Below, piece after piece: positions 44,060 to 59,650 of a stretch of 64,000 nucleotides of DNA. The translations under genes and the position numbers were made by a program. Positions within the stretch are counted from its first letter, which is position 1, and every line of letters starts with the position of its first letter. Location of the stretch: NCBI RefSeq assembly GCF_009914755.1, contig NC_060926.1. One strand, 5' to 3'. The notes under the pieces were generated by a model. It was not told the origin of the DNA and searched no databases. It worked only from the letters and a program-made list of their open reading frames with translations. The stretch is from the human T2T-CHM13v2.0 reference genome, Homo sapiens.

Positions 44060-47000
44060 AAAGTACAGTTAGAGACATCTGGTCAGGATGAAGCAGTGTG
44101 CGCAAACTGCAATGAACCTTTTTTGTGCAAAATTACTAGTTAGTGACAAACAAAATATAAAGAGACCTCCAAAAAGACACACTCAGGCTCAGAAACAAGC
44201 TGAACAACTCCACAGAGCAGGAACAGCATAGAAATGCTGAGTGGGTTGCAGGGTGGAGCCACAGGCTTGCAGGCTCCAGGTTTTGAAGCAGTCAGGCAGT
44301 GTTGGAGACCACTCCATGGGGTAAAGGAGACTGCAAGTGTCTCACTGATTCAGGGGATCCGCACTTGGCCTGCAGCCAGGAGAAGAGGTAAGCTGCCCCA
44401 CCTTTGCACTTCCCACGAAAGGAAGCTGGAAACCCTCTGCTGACCTGTTGCCTGGGCCTGGGGCCTCGTCCCTGGTTGTGGACAGAGGACAGTGTAAGGG
44501 ACAGTACTAACCAGCTTGTGGTGCAGAGGTGAGCCATGTTACCTGCTGGCCCAGTGACTGAGTTCACTGTAGCACTAAAATAGCTGGCTGGCAGGAACCC
44601 CAATATGCAATTATAAAATTGAATATAGATTAAATCCTTTTACTCAAAATGAGCCTGCAAATCCAAATTCCAAAACACACGAATAAATCTTGTGCTAAGA
44701 AAGCCAAAACCCAACAATCAGAATATAATTGAATGAAATTAATTATTAAAAACAGTTTAATAAAACTTTAAAATAGATACACTTAGGATTCTTAATGAGA
44801 TGATTGAGGCAAACTTCCATTTTAAAATGTCAAGAAATTATGAAACAAAAATAGATGGACATTGTTTTAAAGATCAGATAGATAAAAAGAACCATTTAGA
44901 AATCTTAAAAATTCAAAATATAGTCACCGAAAACTTAAATCTCAATAGACTGAATAAACTCTATACTGGACACAATTGAAGAAAAGATTAATAGATTGGA
45001 AGATAGTAATAATACAGGAATTCACCCAGTATAGAGTACATAGAGGTTACATTTTACATGAAGGGAAATTAGGGGGTACGGAAGCTAGACTGAAAAGCTC
45101 CAAGATATATGTGTCTAATAAATTGGAGTTCTGTCAGGAGAGAGTGGAGGGAATGGTATAGAATAATACCAAGCTTTTCAGAATTAAAGATAATTATGAA
45201 GATTTGGTAAGTGCATTCAAATATGAATATCTAGCAGGATAAAGATAAATTTCTACCTAGACACGTAAGAGTCAAGCTGCAGAGCATCAAGAATAACGAG
45301 AAATCTTGCCTGTAATTCCAGCACTCTGGGAGGCCAAGGCAGGAGAATCACTTGAACCCAGGAGTTTGAGACCAGCCTGGGCAACAAAGTGAGATCCCAT
45401 CTCTATAAAAAATAAATAAATAAATAAGAAAAAAAAGAGAAACCTTAAAAAGCTGCCAGAGAGAAAAGAGTGATAATCTACAAAAAAGTGACAGCAGTTC
45501 TTCATCAGCAACAAACAATTAAGGAAAGATGTGGAGTAAATATTTTCAGAATGCCAGGGGAAAATAAACAGTCAACCTAAAATTTTTCCCAAGGAAGAAA
45601 ATAAAAAATAAGTTTATTTACGTAAGAATTTCCCACACACAATCCTCACTAAAAGAAAATTTAAAAGGAATATGCCAGCAAGAAGAAAAACATATTTGGA
45701 AAGTAGCCATGGGAATGGAAGGAGAATGGCAAACACCAAAATTAATTACATATGTTGGTAAATTTAACTAATTAACCATTTTTAAAAGTCAGTACTTTTT
45801 GTTGTTTAAGCTAAAACTACAACTCAACATAGCATATACAAGATGGAGGGGTAAGAAAGAGTCTTCAATAGGCAGGTAGGGCTGACCACACTGTATTTGG
45901 GAGGATAGAAATACTAGGTATGTTTAGACTTTGTTGGGAATTTTCAATAAGTAAGACATATCTTTTTTTTTTTTTTTTTGACAGGGCCTGTGCTCCGTCA
46001 CCCAGGCTGGAGTGCAGTGATGCGCTCTCGGCTCACTAGAACCTCCGCGTTCCAGGCTTCAGCCATCAGCCCATCTCAGCCTCCCGAGCAGCTGGGACTA
46101 CAGGCACACGCAACTGTGCCCAGCTAATTTTTGTATTTTATGTAGAGATGGGGTTTTGTTACATTGCCCAGGCTGGTCTTGAAGTCCTAAGCTCAAGTGG
46201 TCTGCCCACCTCGGCCTCCCAAAGTGCTTGGATTACAGGCGTGAGCCACAGCACCCAGCTGTCAATAAGACATATCTTTAAAAAATTTAGAGTAATAATT
46301 AAAATTATAGAAATGCAATCTATAGCTGCCAAGTCATAGGAGGAAAAAAGTAGAAATATAAAAGCAATCAGTCCAGCAAGAGGCAAAAGAACAAAAATGA
46401 AGCAAAGTTGTTTTTTAGAAAATACAAAACAAGGTGGTAGAAATAAGTTCAAATATATCTATTATTAATTGTAACAAATGAAAACCTATTAAACTCACCT
46501 ATTAAAGGAAAAGATTATCCTACCTGCTAAACATTTTTTAATCCAGCTATATCCTGCTTTCTGGAGACACACCTAAAATAAAACTTTTCAGGAAGCTTGA
46601 AAATGAAGGAATGGAAGAGGTATGTATACCAAGCAAATTTTAACGAAAAGAAAACTCATTAATTGGGAAAAAAAAGCTTAGAAATAGACAAAAATTTCCT
46701 TGACCTGATAAAGGCTATCACAAACTTTCTAGAAACATCATTCTTAGTGGTAAAAAATTAAAGTATTTCCAGTAAAGTCAAAATAAGAAAAAGATGCTCT
46801 CTTCACTTCCATTCAGTATTATACTAGAAGTCTTCAATGCAATGATCAGAAAAAAATACATGAATTACAACAGTTGGGAAAGTAAATAGGAAATAGTCTC
46901 TTTTTTTTTTTTTTTTTTTTTAGATTTTATGACTCACACTGGGATTATAGGCACAAGCCACTGTGCCTGGCCTAGACTGTACAATTTTTTACATAGAAAA

Positions 47001-49160
47001 TCTAAGGAAATCTACAGATAAACTTTTACAACCCATAAAAGACTTTAGCAGGGTTTTAGATCAAAATCCAAAAGTAGCATTGCAATACACTAGTAATAAA
47101 GAATTGTAAAAGACAAACATTCCATTCACTATGATACAGAAGCTATAAGATACCTGGTGCTATGGTCTGAATGTTTGTTTCCCCCTCAAAATGTATGTGT
47201 TTAAATCTAACCCCCAAGGTGATCTATTAGGAGGTGGGGCCTTTGGGAGGTGATGAGGCCATGAGGGCAAAGCCCTCATGAACAGGATTAGTGTCCTTAT
47301 AAAAGAGATCTGGAGAGCTTCGTAGCCCCTTCCATTATGCGAAGACACAGTGAAAAGATGGTCATCTATGAACCAGGAAGTGGGCCTGCACCAGACACCA
47401 AATCTGCCAGCACCTTGATCTTGGACTTCCCAGCCTCCAGAACTGTGAGGAATAAATTTCTGTTGTTCATAAGCCACCCAGTCTGTGGTATTCTGTGACA
47501 GCAACCCAAACATACCAAAACACCTAGGGAAAAACTTAACCAAAATGTATAAGCTCATTATGGAGACACTTATAAAATTTGATTGAGGACATAAAATTAA
47601 ACCTTAATAAATTAGAGACATACCATGTTTATAGTTTAGAGCAGATTTCAATTTTCTCCAAAACAATGATTGATAAAACTGACTACCTTAAAATTAAAAA
47701 TTTATGTCCAACAAAAAACACCATAAATAAATCAAAAAATAAACTATGGCTTGGAAAAGATACTTGCAATGCATATAATTAACTAAATTAATATTAGAAT
47801 TTACAAATGAGGCCAGTCATGATGTCTCATGCATGTAATCCCAGCACTTTTGGTGGCCAAGGCAAGAGGATCACTTGAGCCCAGGAGTTCGAGACAAGCC
47901 TGGGCAACATAGTGGGAACTCATCTCTACAAAAAATTTAAAAACTAGCTAGGTATGGTGATGCACACCTGTGGTCCCAGCTACTCAGGAGACTGAGGTGG
48001 GAGGATCACTTCAGCCCAGAACATCAAGGCTGCAGTGAGCTATGATTATGCCACTGCACCCCAGACTGGGTGACAAAGTGAGACTGTGTCTCAAAAAAAA
48101 AAAAGAAGAATTTACAAATGAATAAGAGAACAAAACCAATGAATAGAGAAATGGGCAAAGGATATGCACAGGCAATTCACAGGAGAGGGAACCCAAATGA
48201 ATACACAGGAATAGAAACTCAACCTCAAAAGAATGAGAATGAAAGTGAAATGAGATGCCATTTCATCTCCATCAGGTTGACAGAAGTTAAAATGCCTGAG
48301 AATCCTAAATGTTGGTAAGCAATAGAAACTCTCCTATTCTGCTAGTAAAGGTGTAAATTGGTAAAGGGCTTTGAAAAATATTTTAGTCGTATCTAGTAAA
48401 TTTAATATTTTTACTTTGCTACTAACCAGAAGTCCCATTTGGGGTTATTCCTAAAGTAGCTCTACTGCAGGTGCATGTGGAGTCATGCAGTAGGATCTTC
48501 ACTGCCACATTGCAATAGTGAAAAAATGCAAACAACCTAAATGCCCATCAACAGGAGAGTGGCTGAATAAAGTGTGGTATAATTATATAACAGAATACTC
48601 TTCACTCGTTAAAATGAATGCACAGAGCTTTACATATATCCATGGATAAATCTCAAAAACATAGTTTGAGCAAAAATAGCAAGTTTCAGAGCAATATTGT
48701 TAAAAAACAAACAACATACTATATATTTTATACATACCACATATTTTTATGCATACATATGTAAGTAGTAATATTACTAGAATGCATGAGAATGGTAGAA
48801 CAGTGAATACAGGGTAGGGGTCACTTATAAAATTTGATTGAGGACATAAAATTAAACTTGAATAAATTAGAGACATGCCATGTTCATAGTTTGGAACAGA
48901 TTTCAATTTTCTCCGAAATAAAGGTTGATAAACCTGACTATCTTAAAGCAGGGAGGAAGAGGGAGAGAATTGGGGAAGGAGCTACAAGGAGCTTCAACTC
49001 TTTTGCAATGTTTTATTTCTTTAAAAACATCATGCTGATATACCCAAAGCAAAAGATTTGTTAGAGCTCAGTAGTAGATAAAGGGGTCGTTATTTTATTG
49101 TTCTTTACATTTTTCTTTATATTTGAAATATTTCACAGATTTTTTAAAGATAATAAATTT
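44060..49160 (+). mobile_element. Long degraded sense-strand L1M with nested Alus (~45308-45440 +, ~45963-46260 -, ~47811-48110 +) and an MLT1A-like LTR (~47158-47520 +)
   Basis: Colinear A-rich ORF1/ORF2/3'UTR-like remnants; each nested element has recognisable termini. Confidence 0.75.
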
Positions 49161-50279
49161 TAAAGCCAAATAAAAATGTTTTGGGCATAATTTTAAAAGC
49201 CACATGTGAGTTATGTCATATCCCCAAAATTGCTACTGAAAAAAGGGTTATTTCGCTTCACACCAACAAATATTTATTGAGCCTTTGGTCCATGCGACAC
49301 TCTGGGATACACTGGAGACCCAAATGGACTTGGTCTTTGCCTTCATAGGACTCTGAATCTCCAGGGAAGACAGACACTGGGCAGGTAGGGAAGCCTGTCA
49401 TTATTGGAGAAGTCCACAGACAGATGGGTTCGGATGGGTCCTGCCCAGAAGGTAGAGCCCAGCTGGTCTGGCAGCTCTGCTCAAACCAGATTACAACTGT
49501 GTTCTCCTGGGAGTATGAACTGGAAAATGAGAGGGGATGGGCTGTTGGCAGGGAGACCAGAAGCTAAAAGGATAAGAGGCAGGGCCAGCCTCGAGGCAGG
49601 AGGGCTGTGATGGGGTGAGGGCTCAGAAGGTATGGGGTAGAGAAGAGATGTACAGAGTCAAAGATGAAGCTGGCTGGTGGCTTAACGAGAAGGGAGGGGT
49701 GCAAAAATATCAGGAATGCAGGGAGTGGCTGGGTCACTTGAAAGGAAGCACTTGACTTCCTGCTGCTGCAAGGGGACCCAATAACCTGCCCCCAGCACTG
49801 CACAGGATGTAGAATTACCCTGGAGAGCTCTGCTCCCCCAGGCAGTCAACTCTGGCTGACTTGGATTGCCCTGATTGAAGGAGAGGACATTATGGGAAGC
49901 ATGGGGCACTCCAAGAAATGCCACTGCTGCCACAGCTCCTGGGGTGCTGTAAGCAACAGCTTCAAGCTAGCTTAGAGGTCCGCCTTGTCTTGGGGTGACA
50001 GACCATTTCTGAATACATAGACCTCCTCCACGTTCTCTAATGGTTGCTGGACTTCTGACCAAATAAAGAGTACCTAGCTTATTTCAATCAAACACAGCCC
50101 AAAGTGTGGTTTCTTCCACACTGTCCCGTCCAGGCTCTGTGAAAGGCCAGGGGTCTCCCAGGCTTTCTATAAGCCCATCTATTTGGCCTTTCCTTGGTTC
50201 GGTGAGGCCGAGCTCTGTGGTAGAGACTGCCTTTTCCCTATCGCTGCAACTCTGGAAAATAAACTTAACAGTACTCGAG

Positions 50280-50520
50280 AGGTAGCAAGGACAGTGGGGT
50301 GAGGAGTATGGATACCCAGCACAATCGACTACATTAAATCATGGTTCTGCCACTAACTATGTCACCTTGTGTGGAACACTTACCCTCTCTTGTGCCTCAG
50401 TTTCCTCTTCTGTAAGTGGGGATAATCACGGCACCACCTCATAGGATTAAAATAGTTAATACATGGGAAATGCATGGGGTTACTCCTGGCACACAGGAAG
50501 TGCCAGATCAGCATTGGCAG
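50280..50520 (+). mobile_element. MIR
   Basis: Core 'tctgccacta...gtgcctcagtttcctcttctgtaa'. Confidence 0.75.
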
Positions 50521-50592
50521 TCATCATTGTTTATTACGTAACTTGAGTCTCCATTCCTTGCTACCAAAAGAACCAGTTATAAAGAAAAATAA

Positions 50593-50754
<162 letters not shown>

Positions 50755-53700
50755 TAAAAACAAGAATAAGCTGCATTCAAACGTTATATTTTCAAACACA
50801 TATCAGTGATGAATTTTACACATAACTGACCTGATGTAAAATGGAATTGGACACGTCAGAATAACGACACTTTGGGATCATTTGTATCATGCAGATAATT
50901 TTTAATAATGTTCAGGTAAGTTTCTTCCATGATCGAAACTTGAAATCAGAAATTGATCCATTCCAATGCTAAGTTTGGCTCCTGGTACATCCTTGGTTTT
51001 GTATCCACCTTATAATTCAATTTCAGATAAAATAGGAATCTTCTTTCTTCCAGAGCTTTCAGAATCTTAGTGAAGGGTCTGATGAATTTGTCTCATTTGT
51101 GGTGTAGACAGTATGTTTTTGCATGCCCCAGAGGACATAGATCACTAGGCTGCTAAGGACATTTGAAAGTGAGATTTTACACCTAAAGTAATCTCTGCTT
51201 CCCAGTTCCTGTCTCTTGATATTTAGGTTTGGGATTTAAGTATCTGTCCACAGTGGTCTACTGTGGTCTACTGTGGACAGATATTTAAAATTGTTAAATT
51301 TAAACAATTTAACAATTGCTAAAATGGTTTTAAGTCCGGGTATTCATTTGTTTACAACTCTTTCAGTACTGCAAGTACATATTTTGTCCAACAAATGAGT
51401 GTTTAAAGCAGAAACTGTGAATTAATTCTCAATTATGAAATGTACTTAGATTATTTTCTAGAGGACCAGGAGCCATTCTGAGATTTTGTAAAATATAGGG
51501 TAACCACTGTTTATATTGCAAAAAACAGGACTTGATTCTCTTTTCAGAGAGAAGAGGTTTATTGTTTTCAGCTGTGTGGGCCTAAAAATGAAGGGAAAAT
51601 AAATGGTCACTAAAATTATACTAAACAAGATAATATTTCAGATGTTAAGTATAGTTGATATTCTCACAGTAGGTCTTTCTGTGGGTCCCTGCCCCTCTGA
51701 TGGTCCATAATTCTATTAAGTTCCATGGGCTGAAGGGACCACTACAATTTCTGAGCAGTCATGATGGGAGCCGTTTTAGACAGGTCAGCGTGCAGGTTTA
51801 CAGGTATGACTGAGGTGGGTACAGACAGGAGTCCAGGAATTCGTAGTGTTGGAATGAACTCACATGGGACTTGAGATCTTGAAATGAGCTGACATCAGTA
51901 GCCAGGAAAAGGAAGAAAAGCTCAATAGCTTATGGCCTAGCCATACTTCTCTAAAAAACTGTGACCTAAGACTCAGAATATTAATTTACCCAGTGGGTTT
52001 TGAAACACAACCTATTCAAAATCAGGGTACTATATAGATAATAAAATACAGCATTAAGCAGAATTGACTGACAACTATGTATGACACACTTAAAAAAATC
52101 ATGCAGGCCTTTCCCTCAGTGCTCAGATTATAAAATGCAGGGCCACATAATTCAGACAAATGCATGATACATGAGATACTTTGTCTGATTCATCAGGTAA
52201 GAGATTGTGGTTGTTTTGGTACTTTGTTTATTACTTAATATTTTAAATTTGTCCTTTAAGTGAAATTAAATTGAATATACCAGTTTGGAGTTGAGAGAGA
52301 GGGGAGTGCTAGGGACATACACTTGGATGTCACTGGGTGTTATACATTTGTACAGCCATGGGACTGGACACGAGGTCACCTTGGGAGTGAGTGTGGATAG
52401 AGAAGTGGACCGAGGGCCACTCAGACACTCAGACGATAGCAAGGGGAGGTGGATCCAGGAACAAAGAAAGACCAAGGAAGAAAATCAGGAAAGTGCAGTG
52501 CAGAAGAGGAGAATGAAGGAGAGAGGGAAGCCCTGCAAGCCAGGGCTCTTGGACTTTGGGACCCGTCTTTTGCTGGTTTGAATGACCTGCATTGTGTGGA
52601 TGGTGTTGCAGATGTGGCATTCCAAACTGGTCTCATGGGCTCTGCCCTTCAGCCTCCTCGGTAGCTATTTTGTGAATCTCAGGTCATCGTTGCTCCACCA
52701 GTCTCAGGAACGTTCTTGGTTTGGTTTCCCACTTTGATGGTGTATCAGTACATTGTTGGCTGTTATACTTTTGAGGTTCCAGAATTCCACCTGCAGTGAA
52801 GAAAGCCTTGGCTGCATGGAGAGTGAGTGCAGCTCAGGCAATCTTTGTGCTTACTGGTCTCCTGACTTGCCAGGCATCTGGCTTGACTTGGAGGCCATAC
52901 AGCTGGACAGTCTTGGATGGCTTTTTGGCCACAAGGCATTATTGCCTCCGTTTTACAAACTGGGTTCAGATAGACTAAGAAACTGGGCTAATTTTACACA
53001 GTTAGCATGTGTATTTGTAGACACTGTTTCAAGCACGTGTTTGGTAACTTATTTCTAAAAGACTTGGGACATCCCTAGTCTGTTAGGTTATGAAGCCATA
53101 TCTTCTCTAGGAACTAGAAGCATCATCTACGCACACCTTCCAGGCATTTTATGCTGAAGTTTGCCAAATGAAAAAACAATTTGAATCAAGCTATTAATAA
53201 TTCTATTTATAAGGTATGCCCTCAACTTTAACTCAACTGGCCATCCTTAAGATGCAGGTGGGCTCTGTAGCCGTCAAAAGCTGGACCTGCTGTTGTTGGG
53301 GGCCAAGATATTCCTGAGGCTGGAGAAAATGAATAAAGGATTTTATGACCTTCCTGTACTGCTGACAAGAAATCATATGCAACCAAAACTTCAAGAACAC
53401 TCTGTTGATAATTTTGGAAGAGCCAGCAATGCACGACTTTGGCCAAGATATTTTTTTTTCCGTGAAATCTGAAGAGAAGTATTGACCAAGATCTTATTAG
53501 CATCGGAGATCAGGCAAATGCCACAAAAAAATTGTTGAACTTGTCTACTTGTCACTATTTTGTGATCCTGGACATTCCCTTGTTGTCACAAATGCTAGGG
53601 AAGAATGCATCTAACTCATATAAATGGTAAATTATAGCATTAAGTGGCTGGCTAAGCAAGAGTTCCTTGGGGGCTGTTGCTTAGAGTTCTTATATAAAGT

Positions 53701-56700
53701 TTCAATAAGTTCATTCTCTTTTTTTAATTATAAGAAAAATATAAGCCACTTACAAATAATTTTATATTTTGCATTTTCTTCTGAAAGGCACATTTTTTAC
53801 AACTTTATATCAGTTTGGGAGTAAACCCAGAACCTCTGCCCTTGCCTTGGCCTCAAACCACTTTTTGGTTCTAGACATTACCTGGGGGCCACCAATCCAG
53901 CAGGAAGCACCTTCTAGCAAAGAATGAATCCCCATCCTCCAGCATGAGCACAAGGACACCAAGCGCACTGTACCCTGCCTGTTGAGGTTCAAGGCACTTT
54001 CATGCAGCACCTGCTCTGGGCAGCCTGTCTGGACTTGCCGCTAGTCCAATCATCCCATCTCAGCTGGGCTCAGCCATACTCTTGGCCATACCTGCCACTG
54101 TGCTGTCCACACACCAGCATTCACCCACTTACATTTCAAAAGGGAGCATATGCTGGTTCCTTTTTGCATCTTTTTTCTCCAAAGGCCCCTTGGCCCCTGG
54201 CTGAGGTAGTTTATCACATAATAAGCCCTACCTGCAGGGTCCAGCAGCCTTTGGGATTCCAGAGCAGAGCCATTACATCCACAAGGGAAAATAATGAGGG
54301 GAGGTTTCCCCTACTTCTCCTCCCTGCCTCACTGTACTCCTGCGGACAGGTGAGACAGAAGACCCCCAAACCCCAGCACAAACTGTGCGGGGTACAGATC
54401 AGGATTGTCAAAGGGAGGGTGAGACCAGATCTCCAGCACACAGCGCAGGCCCCCATAAAATGCTTCTTGCTGGTAGTTAAGACCATGATGAACAGCCTTA
54501 TCTCAGAAAACACATAGTGGCTATATGACTGCTTACAGAAATGAAAACATGCAGGCCTTTGGCAAGGTTCACTTCCAAGAAGTGATGGAAATTAGTGAGA
54601 TAACCGGCAGAGGGCCTCTGATAATGATAAACTTCCAGGTCAGCAAATGGAGGAACAGCTGGGGGCCATATGCAGGGTTGGAAAAGAGTCCTTACCAGAG
54701 GTAAAATAGAGAGATCAAACCTTTAAAAGATTTTCCAAAGCACCAAACCCAATAGTGAGGAAGGGAGAATAATTAGGGATAGTTAATATATGAGATGCAA
54801 ATGAGTTCCCTAGCTTTTAGAGGACGTAGGTAATTAATAATGACACACTGAAGAAGTCAGGAAAAGCTGGACAGACAGGTGGCAATTTTCTGTCACATTG
54901 GTAGCAATGGTCAGTTTTACCTGGTGCTCAATATACCCTTGATGGGTGGCAGTGGTTGCACACAGCGTGGCTGGCATGATGTTCATAATTGCTTCTATTT
55001 ACTAATTGTTAGCCGCATGCCAGGTGCTGTGCTAAGCACATCACATGCACCATCTCATTGAATTCTATAACCCTGTCCAAGAGGACCATTTGATGGGCTG
55101 TCATTCTGGGCTGCTTGAGCTCAGTTGACCACAGCAGCAGTCAGTGAACTTGACCCAGAGGACAATGCCTGTATCTTAATGAAACTCTTACCTCACACCT
55201 CTACTGCCCATACAGAAGTGCTTGTTCCAGCAAGGCCAGGAAGAAGTCAGATGGTTTGGCTCAGCCTCTCACCCTGCTGGGAAAGCCAGTCTTCCAGGAG
55301 GCTGGAAGAGAATGTGGCTTTCGTGATCGACAGCAGGCACTTCTGCGGGTCCCACAACACTGGTCTGGGGTAGGTGCTGTGCCAGAAAACAGGCAACAGC
55401 AACAATGGGAAAAAAAGAGCCACTCCAGGTGTAAAGTATAGAAGAAATGAGGTTCAGCAAATAAAAATATTTCTTTAAAAATGGCTTTATAAAAAATGAA
55501 ATGTGTTTATTATATAAATATTAAAACACTGAAGAAAAGTACCAAATCCAAGTTGAAAAAACATTACCGAGAATCTCATCACTCCAGAAATATCATGAAC
55601 ATTTATCCCTGCAGACACCTCTCTGTGCCTATGTACAAAGAGGAGAAAGAGGGAGGCTGGAGGCATACGATGATGCAGAGACACGGAAAACTACAAGAAA
55701 ACTTGGATCATATGATATGTAAAAATGATGTTACTTGATATTGACTGAAGAAAAACAAGTGAAGCTAAAAGGAATTGGTGAACTTCCTTGGTATATGCAA
55801 TATTCATTCCTAAAATTTGTTGCTAAAATTAAGAAAAGAGATAATGAAGGCATTAAGAGGTCAGAGCCACTGTCTTCTTCAACTGTGTGCCTCACCTTCA
55901 GCTGGAATCTTGGCCATGGAAAATGGGAAACAGCATGCATGTACTTTCTCCCTCCCCTCTTAGAACTCCCGGCTTTGTCGTACCCTTCTATGTTGTCTAT
56001 AGCATTTATATTCTCTTTTGTGACCATGAATGCTGTAGCTATTTAGTTCCTATTGAAATGGAGCCACAGATTTCACCTCTGTTCTTTATTCCATGTTCCC
56101 TACATTCACAAATTCTTCACTTCAGTTTTTCTGGCTGTCTGGATGCTGTCACCTAGTGGCTTGTTAACCAGAGGCTCCTGGGGCTGCATGCCTCCATGCT
56201 CGCATGTTTGACAGTGTCTCTCTGCTGTCTGCAATCTTGAAAGACAACCTGGTGAGGTCTAACAGTCTTGGTTTCCAACTTGGTCTATCTCAGAACTTAG
56301 TAGACCTTGCTGATCGTCCCCGGCTTTGGCTTTGCTAGGAATTTGGAGGCTGGGCTGAGTTGTTCCCCACTGAAGGTGAATTCTGGATGCCCTCAGAAAT
56401 TTTCTTTTTAGTCTTGAGGTTAAGCAGTTCACCAGGATATGTATTGGTGTTGTTCTGCATCATTTTTGTCCCCTGGAAAATGGCATGTCCTTTTGATCTG
56501 GAGAAAAATGACTTGTTATTTTGGGAAATGTTTCAACTAGTAAAACCTTGAATGTTTTCATGTTCTATTTGCTTTGTTCTCTTCCTCAGGAATACCAATT
56601 ATGTGTGTATGTTGGTTCTCCTTTGCCTTCAGTATCTATTATCTGCTTTAAAATAATTTCATTTTGTGTGGATTTCTCATTCCTACCTGCCACATCCTTA

Positions 56701-56819
56701 CCTGTGTTTTCAGTGTGTGTGTATGTGTGTGCATGTATGTGGTATTTGCATGAGTGTGGTGTATACATATGAGTGTGTGTTTATTGTTGTTCCTTTGCTG
56801 ATGTTTCCACCTCAGTGCT

Positions 56820-57560
<741 letters not shown>

Positions 57561-57709
57561 TACAGTTCCTTTTCTTTTTCCATGTGTCTCCTGAGCTCCA
57601 CCAGTTCTCTTTTCGTCTCCTTTGAGTGTGTTCTTACATTGCTTTCTTGAATTCTGGTGACTATTCCTGTGATGAGGCATACTGTCTGTTTTCTTTAAGA
57701 CTCTGATGA

Positions 57710-58048
<339 letters not shown>

Positions 58049-59074
58049 CATCATGTGTATTCTTTATGTGATTTTCTTTCTGTTCCTCTCCTCCTTCAAA
58101 AAGTATTAATTTTTAGTTTTGCAGTTTATATGCACAGCACCTGTGGTGTTCTATTCAGCACTCTACTCAATGTTGAATACAGTCTGCCACCAGCAAAAGA
58201 ATAATGTGGAAGAAGGGATAATAATTTGAATAGCTAATGCTTACATCGTGCTTACCATGTGCCAGACACTACACTGGATGCATAAACTCATTTAATACCC
58301 CAGCAACTCTTATGAAGTAGATTCCATTATTCTGTCCACTTTGCTGATGAGGAAGCTGAGGCATGGAGTGTTATGTAGGTTGCATGAGGGCACAAAGTTG
58401 GGAAGCAGCAGAGCTGGGGTTGCAATGCAGAGAACCCAGCCCCACAGTCTGTGTATTCAAGCCCTCTGAGAGAACATCTCCCATCTCTGCTCAGTGGTCA
58501 CAAGGGCTGGTGGCTCCCAGGAGAGTCACCTGTCCTGTGTGCTGCTGTACAGTGGTCACGACTCTCCTCCCTCCCTACCAGGTCACTTTCAGCGCCTTCT
58601 GAACTGGGTCCAAGGTCACAGACAGTGGGCATGGTGTGGCAGCCTAGCTGCTTCTTCAGCCCCCTCCCCTGCTGGTCTGTGATGCTGGGGTTTGGTCTCT
58701 TTTATCTCTGTCCCTGCTCAAGGCCCAGGCAGACTCCTACATTTTGTCACTTTAACCAAAGAGTAGTTAGAGACTTTTCCAGGGCTGTGACTCTTACTTT
58801 AGGAGAAATCTGCACCTCTTGGTTCTCGGCATGCTCCCATGTCTCAGTTTACAGGACTTGGTAGTCAGGCTTTTTGTTTGTGCTTTAGGATTATAGCCAC
58901 TTCCCTATTTAATAGATTTTTTTTCCTTACCATTTTTACCCTTCTTTTCCTTATTGTTTTGTGATTTTTGAAGAAGGGTAGTTGAGCTGAAGCTTTACTT
59001 CACTATCTTTTGCCAGAAATGCTCTGCGCTTGGTTTCTGCCGGGCTCACCTCCTCCCTGTGGTCTTACATACTT

Positions 59075-59650
59075 CATCTGTCCATTCATTCCATAAGTAA
59101 CTACTGAGCGCCTGCTGGGCATCAGACACTGGTATAGGCATTGGGTACTGCAGAGAGCAAGACAGACCTGGTCCCTGCTGTGTTGGAGCAGAGATGCCAG
59201 TCGGGGGAGACAGGCAGGCCTGCAAACAAAAGACATTGTCCAGAGCAAAAATGGTGGTGAGAAAAATAAGACATGGTGATGTGACCAGGTGACTGCTCTC
59301 AACTTGGTGGTCGAGAAGAGCTTCTTGGAGGAAAAGTCATGTCAGCTTAGACCCAGTTAACAAAAAGGCACCAGACTTGGGAAGAGGGTTTCAAGCAGAG
59401 GAAGCAACCCACACAGGGCTGCAAGGCTGGAACAGGCTCGGCAATGGTCACATTCAAGGGAAAGACGAGAGCCCATTGTGGCCAGGGTGTGTGAGCAAGG
59501 GGAGCAGTGTGCAAGGCCTATTGGAGAGGCCTGCAGGGGTTCGAGGAGGGTGGGTATTAGGATTGGGTTCTGAGTGGGATGGGAGTCTACTGGAGAGTTT
59601 GAAGCAGAGGGTGACATGGCCTGATGCATATTTTAAAAAGTCTCTTTGGC
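59075..59650 (-). mobile_element. L2 fragment
   Basis: 'cattcattcc...tactgagcgcctgct' L2 3' end followed by a purine-rich L2 body. Confidence 0.65.

Noticed and set aside
51672-51803. Plus-strand open stretch VFLWVPAPLMVHNSIKFHGLKGPLQFLSSHDGSR..., faintly like ANF-receptor 'F.G..G...F' motifs
   Set aside because: Weak acceptor, no companion exons, and the similarity is too short to exceed chance.
53228-54517. ORFs of 91-171 aa on both strands in intron 7
   Set aside because: No recognisable domain and no consistent splice phase; overlapping opposite-strand ORFs fit chance.
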